A model generated the notes under the pieces. The model saw only the letters and a list, made by a program, of their open reading frames with translations. It made no database searches and was not told the origin of the DNA. Made by a program: the position numbers and the translations under genes. From Antedon mediterranea (lineage: Eukaryota > Animalia > Echinodermata), in the NCBI RefSeq assembly GCF_964355755.1, contig NC_092676.1, positions 11,447,888 through 11,511,887 on the forward strand: a DNA stretch of 64,000 nt, written 5' to 3'. This document shows, in pieces, positions 10,944 through 23,401 of this stretch (position 1 is its first letter; each line of letters starts with the position of its first letter).

Positions 10944-11915
10944 TAGTCTGGGTTCCAGACGGAGTTTTGTCTTAATATTAGTTAAAAGATAAATATTTTG
11001 GCACAGATGGCGTTTCATACGTATACTACTTGATTTTGGATACTCCGTCTGGGGAAACACGCACAAGTCACGTGGTTTGACACCAAGAATTCTTGGTGCA
11101 TACGATTATCCGGTTGACTAGTTTCAGCTGCATGCGATTGGCTACTCACTCGTACACTGTGTAAATATTCATATTTCAGAATTTTAAAGACTCAACAACT
11201 AAGATGATGCGCATGCGCTATGTTACGTTTAGACAATGTGTACTTCTTGGGTACATTTATGAAAGTTCTGAAGGCTAGAAATTATTTTATATGCCTAGTA
11301 CTAGTAGTCTGGTAAACATTCGATGGGATCTTTGAAACATGAAAACTCGTCTTGATATATGATAGGCTAGCTTCTCCGCAAATCAAACATTGAATGGATC
11401 ATTTATTACGCGGAGATAATTTTGATTTAATTCCCACCGAGACCCTGTCCTGTTCTGTGTGGTGGTGTAGCCCTGTTGTGTGCCGGTGGTATGTAATGTA
11501 GGCCTAGGCCTACTTCATTGGCGTTTTATTTGGCAGGTCATACACGCGAGTTGAGTAGGACCTACGAAAGAGGCCTAGGCCTAAACAATTAATAAACAAA
11601 ACAACTTGGCATTACTATTTTATATTTCAACAGTCTCGATCGTACATTAAGCACTGGTTGGTAGGCCTACGTACTCGATCTCTTTCATTTTGAAACAAAA
11701 TGATCATTGGTTGATTCGAAATCCATATTTACATACCGCCCGCCCCATATAGCCAAATACGGTATGATAACCTACGTCATTCTTATCGTATGTTTGCGGT
11801 CTGCAAATCGATTTCTATACGTGTTTCACAAGTCTGTATTTTCAGACAAAAATCGCGGTCGAAATAAAAACAAATAAATAAAAAAAAAAGATAATACAGA
11901 CTTGGGGCAAGTCTA
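10944..11915. mobile_element. Non-autonomous element with 9-bp TSD and hairpin termini (possibly AcademH-like)
   Basis: CGCATTATA at 10935-10943 and 11916-11924; ends TAGTCTGGGTTCCAGAC and GACTTGGGGCAAGTCTA. Confidence 0.8.
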
Positions 11916-13023
11916 CGCATTATACTGTAGGGCCTACATATACAACATGCAATCACAAGTTGATTTGTTGAAGGCAGCCACCGCGTGGATGTGAAAAAAC
12001 TGTTCGGGAAGTCAGGGTCACAACGCTAAAAACAGCATTACGATTCTTAGATAGATACTGATACTTATTAATATCATTATAATTATTTTAACGCGTAGTC
12101 ATATTTTAATTATTAATTCATGTATGGCATAGGCCAAGTTTCATCCATCGCTCTCTCGCTCGCGCAACGACTATCTAGGCTACAGTAAATCCCTATAACA
12201 CTCCGACTCTCCGTGGTGTGGCACTATTATTAGTGCAAGCTATAATTAATTCACTTCCCAGAGCTCTGGACATGCGCAATAGCGTGTCGGATTCCCTAAC
12301 GGTGGGCAGTTGAGTTCCGGTGCCGGAATCCTAACCACGGCGTCTGTGAAGTTGGTTACTAGTTCCTAGTTCCTTATTCAAATTCAATTAAAGGGACAGT
12401 CACAAATATTTAAAAAACAGATTTTAATACGTAATAACTGTCTAATTGAGTTGTTATTGCATCAACATGTTAGCCTTGACCTCCTCTACTTCTTCCGGTC
12501 AAAGTTCAATAACATTTGATGCATTTACAGCGAATAAGTAACTAGCTTTTACGGACGTTATAACACTTGACCTACTTAATATTTTCAAAATATTTTGTTA
12601 TAGATCGATGACCCTTGACCTACTCTACCATTTGCCACCCCAGTTCCGCGAACTTTTTTGCATCTACGCCCTCTACGGCGAATAAGTAACTGCCTTTTAA
12701 TTATGCAAATTAGGCTACTTCCCGTTGTCGAAAAATGTCCTAACGTTGATAAATGTGTTCAGTAGGGTCTAAAGAACACATTTCATCAAAAAAACCTTTT
12801 CTTGCAATTTGTGTGAGTTAAAAGTCTAAATCCCATGGACTATATGTTCCATACAGTGTAAATCAACTGTTATTTAGAATTTCTTGATAAAATATATTGA
12901 TTGACAGTATACGATTATTGTTCACAGAGAAGAAGATATAATAGTTCGTGCGTTGTCATCGATTGATGAAATGTTTTATTCAACACAATTCCTGGCAGTT
13001 ATTATCTGACGGACGCTGTCTCA

Positions 13024-13186
13024 CCCACTAACGTAACAACCAACCATCAATGTAACATTAACCACTAACGTAACAAAAGTCAAACACTATTTAACATTAA
13101 CCACTAACGTAACAAAAGTCAAACACTATTTAACAATTTCATTAACCGATAACGTAACAACCTAAATTTAACCACTAACGTAACAG
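13024..13186 (+). repeat. ~39-bp tandem repeat (ACCACTAACGTAACAAAAGTCAAACACTATTTAACATTA), ~4 degenerate units
   Basis: Directly visible. Confidence 0.8.
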
Positions 13187-13344
13187 CAGTAGAAAATGTT
13201 GAGATATGGTTGGACTTATACTTTTTGGAAATCTTTCTTGAAGTTCACTTTTAACTATGTGTGTTTTTTACAAACCTATGTTTAAATTTGTGAATGCATC
13301 TCTTTACTTATAGCTATCAGTCTCCACCTTTTGTAAAGACTTTC

Positions 13345-13730
13345 AAAAGCAGCCATCTCGTAAGTGATCACCTCCCTAAAACGATCATATAATCTCTCGT
13401 AAGAGGGACCGCGTCTTATAATCGACCACCTCTCGTAAAAAGTGACCACCTCCTATTGTAAGGGACCGCTTCTCATAATCGACCACCTCTCTTAACGACC
13501 ACTGACTCTCGTGAGGAACCACCTCTTTTAAAGGACCACCACCTCTTGTAAGGGACCGCTTCTCATAATTGACCATCTCTCTTAAATGACCACTATGGTC
13601 CCTTAACGAGAGGTGGTGGTTCTGGCCTTTTAGAGAAAAGGTGATTCCTTCCGAGAGGTACCGTAGTCGATTGTTCCATAGGAGAGGTCACTAACGAGAA
13701 ATGGTCAATTATAAGACTCGGTACCTAACG
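13345..13730. repeat. GACCACCTCTC-type subterminal repeat array of a degraded DNA element; resumes at 19708-19760
   Basis: Repeated TAAGGGACCGCTTCTCATAATCGACCACCTCTC; inverted units GAGAGGTGGTC at 13608-13720 and 19720-19760. Confidence 0.55.
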
Positions 13731-14465
13731 AGGATACAAGATACAAGATACAAGATAACTTTATTGTCAAAATTGTTAACAATTTCGAGATATGTTTTGT
13801 ACCTGAGTAGAATAAATAATACGATGTGATAACTATATAAATAAATACAAATGATACAAGTGACTATCTTGAAAAGTTTTTGTTAAATAAATTGCATACT
13901 ATGTACATTGGTGAAAATCTGAAACGGTTTGTGGATTTTTTTTTTCTGTGTCAGTCTAACCCTTCCTGATCTACTTATAATGATGTCTGAATGTAATGGA
14001 TTTATGGTCATTTAAGATGGGTAGCAGGGGCGCAGCCAGCAAAGAATTAAAGGGGGGGTCAACCAATATGTGAGTATTTTGCGAGCGAAGCGAGCAACCA
14101 TGGGCTGGGGGCCAGGGGGCCGGCAAGGGCCCCCGGTTGGGGTCCAGGGGGCGATTTTTTTTTCCGTACGAGAGTTCCTCCATCGGTTCGTTTCGGACTC
14201 AATCGACTCTCTTCGGTATTCGGTAAAGTCAGCTCACTGATGCGTGACAACATAATACAATTTACATTTACAAACCGCGAGCTAACTTTCACACAGGCTC
14301 TCATAATAGTAAAATGAATCTACACTAATACGAGTTTTGATGACATTAATTAATAAATACTAGGCCTACTTAGTAATTACATTAAGAACCCAATAGCATA
14401 TTGAAGATATTTAGGTCTACGACCCAATAGTAGGTCGTATCAGATATTATTTTTTGAAGTTGAAC

Positions 14466-14486
14466 CATGGAGGTATAACCTCCATG
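14466..14486. other. 21-bp CA..TG palindrome in a 7-bp direct repeat (putative P-type excision footprint)
   Basis: GTTGAAC|CATGGAGGT-ATA-ACCTCCATG|GTTGAAC. Confidence 0.7.
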
Positions 14487-15405
14487 GTTGAACGACCTTT
14501 TGTCACGAACGAGAGGCCCTTTTCTTATCGTTTATGGTATTGTTTGTAGCTAGCCCATGCAGTGTATGTTTTTTATACCTTTTAAAATAATATTATTAAA
14601 TTAATATTTATATTGTAAGGTAATGGAAATTTTACGTTAAAGGTGTACGTATTAATTATCCCCAATCTTGAAAAATAAAGATTTCAGACTTTTAAAATAG
14701 GCAATTTTGGAGTTTTAATTAAGTTATAGGCCTACAACTAATATTATTGTTTATTATGTGTATATGTAATTTGGAAAATCATAAAAAATACATGCAAAGT
14801 AAAAAACATTCAATTACGGTACTGACACGACTGCAATAGTACAAATACATTAAATAAAACACATTTTCCAGGAAGCTTATAATTATATAGTATACTATCA
14901 TCTTGTCATGAAGATCGGTTTTCTGTATTCCATATTCTTGATTTTATTTTTTTTATTATGGTTTCTGAAATAAATTTTTTTTTTTAAATTGTTCATTTTA
15001 ATTCGAAATTTCCACCGGCCAAGATATCAATAATTATTAAATTAACACAATATTAAACGCTTTATAAGCAAGCATGTGTTTCTATACATTACAACTTACA
15101 AGAATACATGTTACTAATAGGCCTATAATGTATACAATTTTTCAAATGTTACACTTAAAAACCTGAAGACAATTGTAATTTTCTTGATAAAAACATCTGT
15201 TAGTGTTACTTCTGTACATATAATTCCTAACCTACTAGTACCTACTGCTGTACTTCATTATTAAAATAAAAAATAGTACTGTAGATGGAAATGTACTACA
15301 TTGAATTTGAAGCACACGTACGTAGGGCTAGGCTAGCTAGGCCTTGCTTGTGACGACCAACAAAGTGCTGCTGCTGTATGTGTGTTACTGTTTGTGAATC
15401 TGATG

Positions 15406-16196
15406 CAGGCCCGTAGCCAGGGGGGTTTTTATGGTTCGGGCGAACCCCCCTTTACAGCGAACCCCCCTTAACCAACTGCGAACCCCCATCCCCGACATGC
15501 CCAATACCTCACCCTCATCTCCAAAAATCCTCCAAATACGTGCCCACCACAGTACAAAAAGTTGTTTGTAAATTGAAAAATTCGTAAACTTGTTCGTGAA
15601 CCTTCTTCTCTGTATGAGCGTCAACTAGTGATACGTGTCTGTAAATTTCTAAAAGCTGCAAATGAATTGCCGATTTTAACCTAAAAAATAAATGTTTGGT
15701 CCCTGCATGTAACATGATATTGACGCGTCTCATAGCGAGCTGGCGCACGAACGATTCGTACAAAGGACACCGCCAGACAAACTGCGTACCTATAATTGTT
15801 TAGATCACTGGCAGTCAGGCAGCATGCATAAAGTATATAGCCTTCCGACGTACATCAGTATTTATGTGTGACTATGAAGTATAATGTATCATAGAGGATT
15901 ATAGTGAATATTAATATTTTACACTATAATAATATCTATGGTATCAAGTACTGTAGTTCACATTATGGCATCCGATTATTTTTTTCTAGACCACCAGCCG
16001 ATACGTACTAAAATGTATCAATATCACCTATTTACATATTTATATTCCTCAACAAATTTCTGTAAATAAATATTATAGATAGAGCTAGCAAATAGCATTT
16101 GCCTTCGCCCAGTTTGCTTTTTTCGGGGCTGCTCCTAGATATATTCAAATATTTAGTGTCCGAACCCCCCCTTGACAGATCCTGGCTACGCCCCTA
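15406..16196. mobile_element. hAT-like MITE with 5-bp TSD
   Basis: TGATG|CAGGCCCGTAGCCAGG ... CCTGGCTACGCCCCTA|TGATG. Confidence 0.75.
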
Positions 16197-16323
16197 TGAT
16201 GGTACATACATTGGTTTGTGGCTGCCTATACAGTATTATATTATTAAAATTCTAGGCCTATTATTATTATTACAATGACGTTCAGTACTACTATTTTTAC
16301 AGTGAGTATAGTATTAGCCTCTA

Positions 16324-18369
16324 CAGGCCCGTATGCAGCATTTATAATGGGGGGGTGCGAGCGAAGCGAGCAACAATGGCTGGGGGCCAGGGGGCCGCCA
16401 AGGGCCCCCGGTCAGGGTCCAGGGGCCGAAGGCCCTGAAAAAATTTGCGTTATTTGACGTTCTAAAGACTGATGTAAGACTGTCTGTTGTGGCTTGGGCT
16501 AGTTGAACGATGGACACCAGAACTTAACGCTTTCATGATGAGGCCAACTCAGCAGGGGTGGCGCCAGGATCTTCCCGACGCGGGGGCTACATTCCCCGAT
16601 GAGGGGGCTATGCGAGCGAAGCGAGCATCACTAGGCTGAGGGCCAGGGGCCGCCAAGAGCCCCCGGTGGGGTCCAGGGGGTCGAAGCCCCCGGAAGCAAC
16701 GCGTTCTAGCGTCATTTGAGGTCTTTTTAATCAGATTTAGGGTAGCCATTTTTTCCATTTTTTATAATGCATAAATAAAATACTGCGTGCAAAAAAACGA
16801 TGCGCGATGACTGTTTCAATCCATATTTTTCAATTTAAAAAATAAAAGTTCAAAGAAAATTTAGAAAAATAGAGTTGGAGGTCCCGGAAATTGGACTTAT
16901 TATACTTCAAAACATGAAAAAAAATATATAAGTCCCTATCATGGGTTGTGACTGAGCTAAGAAATGTTTGAAAAATAGAGATGCTAGGTCTCGGAAAATG
17001 TACTTCTTGTTCTTCGAAATATGACCAGCTTTATTGTTGGGGCTGAGCTAAGAAAATGTTTAAAACTAGAGCTGCAGGTCTTCAAAAAATTGCATTTTAT
17101 ACTTTGGAAACATCAGGCCTAGAGGCTTAAAAAACGCAAGCGTAGACCTTTTTCAGTCGGGGAAAAAAGTTTATTCCTCCCAGGTGTATGCATGCGTACC
17201 ATCTGGACTTCCGAGTGGTGAGAAATTCATGACATACAGGATATTGAAAATGTAATAAGTATAGCTATAATGTTGGCTAAGCGAAAATGGCATGTTTTTT
17301 TGTTTAGTAATAGATGAAAAATTTATTTTAGGTGCCCCACGGTACAGAAGGTTACTTGTAAATTAAAAAATTGGTGAACAAACGAACAATTAACATAATT
17401 CGTTTTTGCTGTAGTGTAGCGTACGTCGACGCAGTACACGACGTAACCGTCGGTAAACTTCGCCTGGAAAATAACACATTACACATTTTGGTCCCTGGAT
17501 GAAACTTGATATCACGCGTCTCGACCCAACGTTGAACGATTCGTACAAAGGGATACCGCCAGACAAGTGCGTACCTAGCTATTGTTTAGTAGTAAGTTAG
17601 ATCGCTGGCAATAATGAATGCATATAAAGTGCATATTATCACTCTGACGTACTCTCACGGTCAATGAAACGTCGCGGTTTTCTAGGCGCTGAAGCTAGCT
17701 ACGAAGTGAACGCGAACGCTTTTTACTGTATATTATATTCCCCGACAAAAAGTACACGTGTTCCCTTCGGTAACCGTCGGTAAACTTCGCCTGGAAAATA
17801 ACTACATTACACATTTTGGTCCCTGGATGAAACTTGATATCACGCGTCTCGACCCAACGTTGAACGATTCGTACAAAAGGATACCGCCAGACAAGTGCGT
17901 ACCTAGCTAATGTTTATTAGTAAGTTAGATCGCTGGCAATAATGAATGCATAAAAGTGCATATTAGCCCTCTGACATACTCTCACGGTCAATGGAACATC
18001 GTGGTTTTCTAGGCGCTGAAGCTATATGAAGTGAACGCGAACGTTTTTACTGTATATTATACCGCGTACCGCGTACATGAAGCGCTAAGCTATTGCTTGT
18101 CGTCACATGATCGACTGCGCATGTTTTACATCGAGTTTGTAGTCAGTTCAGATTCCGTAATTTAATTACCGGTATTTTTTCATTTTATATTAGCATATTT
18201 TTGTTTGTATACCATTGATAATGTAAATTTTGTATATATATAATGATATTGTCTTTAGTTAAACAAGACAAGAAAAAATACCAACCGAGGAAATAGTGGA
18301 CCTTTTGGGACTTGGGGGGGGGGGGGGGGTGCGTCTGCACCCAACGCACCCCCCCTGGATACGGGCCTG
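16324..18369. mobile_element. hAT-like non-autonomous element with 5-bp TSD
   Basis: CTCTA|CAGGCCCGTATGCAG ... CTGGATACGGGCCTG|CTCTA; a further CAGGGGTGGCGCCAGG left end lies at 16553. Confidence 0.8.
17442..18061 (+). repeat. ~328-bp tandem duplication
   Basis: GTAACCGTCGGTAAACTTCGCCTGGAAAATAAC at ~17442 and ~17770; a diverged third copy lies at ~15695-15850. Confidence 0.9.
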
Positions 18370-19103
18370 CTCTAGTATGTATAAATCTGTCACTCGTGCA
18401 AAAAACTGCTCACGTTTTGTCTTGTGGTTGCTGTCACGCATCAGTGAGCATCGGTGGCTTACCGAAGAGTCGATTGAGTCCGAAACGAACCGATGGAGGA
18501 ACTCTCGTACGGAAAAAAAAATCGCGTCCAGGGGGCGAAGCCCCCTGGAAGCTTTGGCGGTCTAGGGCAATCTAGATCATTTGAATCGGTTTACGCACAA
18601 ACAAATATGACAATGTTAACACTAATAAACTGAAACAAAGAAAACAAAAAACAACATTTTTTATATTCCAGGCTGCCACAGACAAACACTTTTTTTCTTG
18701 CTTGTTTGTTGATTTGTGTAGAGAGGCTGTAAACTCAGGAGGAATTATTTGAATTCCTCCCTTTTCACCAATACAAAAGTTGCATGAAATGAACGTAGAG
18801 ATGCAAAAGTTTGAAAAAAGATATTAAAATGATAGCATGGAGTGATATTATTGAGAACCGTAAGGTTATAGAGTTCATACACTGTGCAAGTCCAAGAAGC
18901 TATCTTGGCTCCATGTGTATGTGAGACGCTTAATATCATACCCAGAACATATACAATATTTTGTTTAAAAATATACCTATTTTGTTCGAATGTATAGTAT
19001 AGGTGATAGCTTATACATAATTGTAATAACTAACTTCTAAATTATTATCATACATTTTACGTTAGTTACTATAACGGCGCTCTAGACATCGCGTGATGCA
19101 TCT

Positions 19104-19628
19104 TTAAACATAAGTTTGGAACATTCTTCTCTTGGCTTGGAGACAGAATTCGCGAATGACATTCTCTGTATTAATGTTCATGTTAAAGTGTATGTTCATG
19201 AGGCACAATCCCGAAAGCTGCTCATAAGACATGTGATTTTGTAAACAGGTTTTCGTTCTCCATAAAGTCGAAAAACTCCGCTCAGCTTCAGCAGACGTTA
19301 CGGGCATAGGGCCTACGCGATTAGAAGAAGTGCACGCACATTCGGGAACACATCTGGATCCGCTAATTTTACACAGTCGCTTCCATCACTGAAGCTCGGA
19401 ATGAAGATGTTCGTGTCTTGGCAGATCATCGTACCAAATTCAAGTTCCTTGAAGACTTCTTCAACATTACACTTCGATAGACTTGGGTGCTACGCCAAAT
19501 ATGTTAGAGCATGGCCTGTTATCGGCAGAAAAACGTGTTTTTAACTCGGTTTGTTGATTTGGTAATACTGCTCGGTAGTAATCGTCCACAGTATCTCCAG
19601 GATGATTTGATCTGTATTGTTGTCTCAT
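19104..19628 (-). pseudogene. hAT transposase C-terminal relic (dimerisation domain; Tip100/ZMYM1/PRKRIR-like)
   Basis: ORF MPVTSAEAERSFSTLWRTKTCLQNHMSYEQLSGLCLMNIH carries the ERSFS motif; an upstream frame reads RQQYRSNHPGDTVDDYYR; frameshifted. Confidence 0.85.
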
Positions 19629-20589
19629 GTTTTTATTTATTTTTTCTAAAAAAAAGGGGGGGGGGGGGGTCAGGACCCCCGTGACCCCCCCACTGGCTGC
19701 GCCCCTGGGTGGTCACTTATGAGAGGTGGTCTATTATGAGAAGCTGTCCCCTAAGAGAGACATAAAACATTGAAGGATAAACAGACAAACGTTTAATCTA
19801 GTTAAATGTAACACCATTATTTATCTAGTTAAAAAACACTTATATCCTTCAAATATTAACTTTGTCTAGAAACGATGCATGAGAAATATAGTTAGTTCTT
19901 AGCTGGGATGATGTTTTTGGCACATTTGCCTTATCTAGTTCAGTTTCGTCACTAAACGAAAACGTTTGGTAAAGACTTTCCTTAGGTGCCAAGCTTGTGA
20001 TGACCATAGTACCATCTCGTTGTCGTTTTTAAACGATAACATAACGTTTTAATAAATGTTGAAGTATTCTGCATAAGTTCTTTTGATACGTTCTATTCAT
20101 CACCTACATTATGTACACGTAATTCACGTAAAAAATATACATCGCACGCTTGTTCGATGTTCGAATAAACCATCCGCCGAATGGACAGATTCACAAAGTT
20201 GTATACTTCATATATTGGGGTCATGTTAACTGTAGCTTAATGAATGAAAGATTAATCTCATGTGGTGGTTATATCATCCCCTTTTGCACACGACTCCGTG
20301 CCGGGTTAGTTTCCATTAGGAAAAAATATTGTGCAACCAATCAAAACAGATGATTTTTCGATTCGGGCGAATATATTCTATACTTTGTCTTACACATTGT
20401 CTCGCGTTCGTTGTACCTGTATATTGTTTTGATTGGTTGAACAACTTTTCACCTATTGGTGGAAACAACAACCTGGCTCGAACTCGATGTGCTGCGCAAG
20501 TTTGAGCAAGTTCGACTAGGCTTCATGCAGCAGTCAAATGTTTTCATTTGACCCGATGTCAAGGGTCATATTTGTTGAGACGTGAAAAG

Positions 20590-20815
20590 GCCGAAAGGTA
20601 AAAGCACTGAACGATGACAGCACCGAACGTAATGGTAAAATGGCCAAATAGAAAAGCACCGAACGATTAGATGAAATGATGAAATAGCCGTATAAAATGA
20701 TGAAAGTGCCGTATGAAATGGTAAATGTGCCGAACGTAATGGTAAAAGTGCCGTATAAAATGGTGAAAGTGCAGAATGGTAAAAGAGCCGAAGAAGGCAG
20801 TAACGGCGTTCCATA
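20590..20815 (-). mobile_element. Solo terminus related to the 4447-5628 element, with 21-bp subterminal repeats
   Basis: Reverse complement reads TATGGAACGCCGTTACTGCC; units AATGGTAAAAGTGCCGTATAA have a 21-bp period. Confidence 0.6.
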
Positions 20816-21156
20816 CTATGATGTGTGTGTAAAATTGGGATAGGAGCTGTGTGTGTTAGGCGATCACACGAGGTACACGACGGTATATCGACGAGGTAGA
20901 TGTCATCTGGGCATGCCATGCGATGCTGCTGCGTAGAAGCAAATAAAAGATAGTTTGGTAGAAGAAAAGAAGCATCATGATGGATAAAATGTCACGAACA
21001 AGATTTCTAGGTTGCTATTTACATTGTTACACTATAAGGTATAGAGAATAATACTTACTTGATAAGAATTATATATCATTATCTAGCCTATCTACTACTA
21101 GGCCTACTAGGCCTAGGAGGGCTAGGCTAGGCTATAGATAGTAGGTAGGCCTAGCT

Positions 21157-23401
21157 CAGGGCTGCAAATTAACTTTTTTACTTGGTAGCACTATCAAATT
21201 TGTATGATGGCTCATAATAATTTTAGGTAGCACCACCACTCAAACCCCATCCGCGCAGATCCGTTTTTAGTTTAGTGGGGGGGGGGGGGGGGGGAGGGAG
21301 GGTAGGGGTGTATAAAAATGAAATACAACTTTAGGCTGGTCAGGCCAGGGTGGGGGGGGGGGGGGGTCAATGACCCCGCTTGGGGGGGGGGGGGGGAGGA
21401 TTTTTGAGTAATTATATAGGTTGTTTCAATCGATTTCTGAGCACATAAAAATTCCGCACTGAAGAATTCAATTAATTTGGGTTATGCACATTTAGGCACT
21501 GGTCCTGATGCGCCACTTATATTCACGCAAGATCTATTCTTTTTACGGTAGAGAAAGAAATTACTGCTTTGTATATACGCGTAACCTTTCATAGCCTACG
21601 CGTAAATAGATCAGGTCATTGTTCGCTAAACATATCCTGTAATTTCCAAAGTATTGTTCGTTGCCATGCCTACGATGTATTGTTTATGATAATATCTACG
21701 CGTCGATCGTAGGGTGGTTCGTAGGGTTAGTAATTTGTAAAAACACCAATGTCATCGCCTTTAGGAGCATGAACAATGGAAACAAACATGTATTGTTGGC
21801 TAATTAAAATCCTAGACGTTAATTTTTGTAGCCACCCTACACATCGGTTGTCCTAATTTGGCAGGACATCCGCCGACGAGACGACATCGGGCCCGAGGCC
21901 CTCAGCTCGCGCAGAGAGAGTTTCGGCGGCCTACATGATTCAATCCTACCTTGGTTTAGCGAATTATAAAAACAACAACACCTTGACTAGGACACCAACA
22001 AAATATATGCAAAATAAATATATTCCATGTTAAGATTTAACATAGGCCTTTGTAAATTATTATTACGACAAAAGACCCGACCAGAATTTGGAGGGGAAAA
22101 CGTTCGAATCGTGGGAACAGTTTAGAGCTGTATTACGTTTCATGTGACGCAAAATTCAGGTACTGTACACTGCATGTTTTGTACCGAGTAAAAAAAAACA
22201 TGCGAGAGGTTTGCGGTGGTAAAACAGAGTATCGCGTTTCATGACATGTGACCAAAAAACTAGCTAGGTCTGTATTAATTATGGTCTTCTGTCGGCAGTC
22301 TTTTTGAGCGACCGATTTTTCTGATACTATATTTAGAATGAATTGTTTACGATCTTTTTGTTTGCATGTTTCTGGATCGACTGGACGTTCGCTATATTAT
22401 TTTTATTAGTTGGCATAGTTCATTGTGTTGGATCGTGTCTCTACGTTTTATTGTGGGAAATTTATATTCGCCGTTGAGAGTAAAAAAACACTACACGAAT
22501 GAAACATTTACGAATAAAAACTATTATATTATATATTTCTTAGTAATGTACAAATTGGTCCTCCTCCGCCAGTCAAAAATAACACATTAAGTAATAATTT
22601 TCACACCTTGTTACTTACTAAGAACATCGTGGGGTTGTTTATTGAGGTTACTAACGAAGCCAAACAATGTAACCTACAAAGCCAACAACGTAGCCTGTTT
22701 TATCTACGAAGCTACTTCGTAGGAAAAGTTGCTGTATTTTGGATATATAATTTTCGATAATCAGAATCTGGAATAAAGTATTAAATCTACTGATAAACAA
22801 TAGGCTACTGCTGTTTAATCTATATAATGAATAGATATTATTATATATATCATTAATTACATTATTTAGTAATCATGATATAACCATTATACTGCCTAAA
22901 AAATACTAATGACTGCACGGCGACAATCCTTTGTATCTACCGCGCCCGCCCTGGCTAACTTCTGTGTACGGCGGTACAATTGTTTTTATATTATTCCTTC
23001 TTTAAAACGGAGGTGATTTTCCACGAGGTTTGTGTCGTCCGCGCGTCACACTGTGCTGTGTGTTTGGTGTCCTTTTGTGTGATTGGGTAAGGCAGCATGC
23101 AATAAATGGACGAACTTCCAATCACAACGAGTGTAAAATGTTTAGGGGCTTTGTACGCTTGAATGAACCTGACTCCTTTGCGGCGACGGTGACTAGTGGA
23201 AACTCCTGAGCCTTCCGTAGTAGAGAGATTAAATTACAACACAGTGTTTGAAATAGGGAAAACACACCTGACTTCAATTTTAAACAACTCGCACAAGCAG
23301 ACGATCTTGTCGCGCTATGCACGACCTATTCTGTTTCTTTAGTCGCAAACAGAAAAATTAGGTCGCAAATGCGACCAAATACCCCTTAATTTGCAGCCCT
23401 G
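21157..23401. mobile_element. hAT-like non-autonomous element, 16-bp TIR, 5-bp TSD
   Basis: TAGCT|CAGGGCTGCAAATTAA ... TTAATTTGCAGCCCTG|TAGCT. Confidence 0.85.

Larger units (their letters stand above)
9019..12344. mobile_element. DNA element with ~82-bp TIRs hosting two younger insertions
   Basis: GACGCCGTGGTTAGGATTCCGGCACCGGAACTCAACTGCCCA... at 9019-9100 is inverted at 12263-12344; no clear TSD. Confidence 0.7.
14151..18525. mobile_element. Mutator-like element with ~100-bp TIRs and 9-bp TSD
   Basis: GTCCAGGGG at 14142-14150 and 18526-18534; GCGATTTTTTTTTCCGTACGAGAGTTCCTCCATCGG... is inverted at 18430-18525. Confidence 0.85.
14025..19707 (-). mobile_element. Internally deleted hAT element with 5-bp TSD (hAT5-like), containing nested insertions
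   Basis: TIR CAGGGGCGCAGCCAG / CTGGCTGCGCCCCTG; flanks GGTAG/GGTGG (1 mismatch); contains a hAT transposase relic. Confidence 0.75.

Noticed and set aside
12388-12420. Kolobok-like left end TTAA|AGGGACAGTCAC
   Set aside because: No matching right end was found, so the element cannot be delimited.
15890-15940. Fifth CA..TG palindromic footprint (CATAGAGG...TATCTATG)
   Set aside because: The arms are imperfect and longer, and there is no clean 7-bp direct repeat (only a partial GTAT match).
21276-21400. G-runs as a functional G-quadruplex element
   Set aside because: Poly-G tracts are a common feature near the ends of these hAT MITEs (also at 18313 and 19656), and homopolymer lengths are unreliable.
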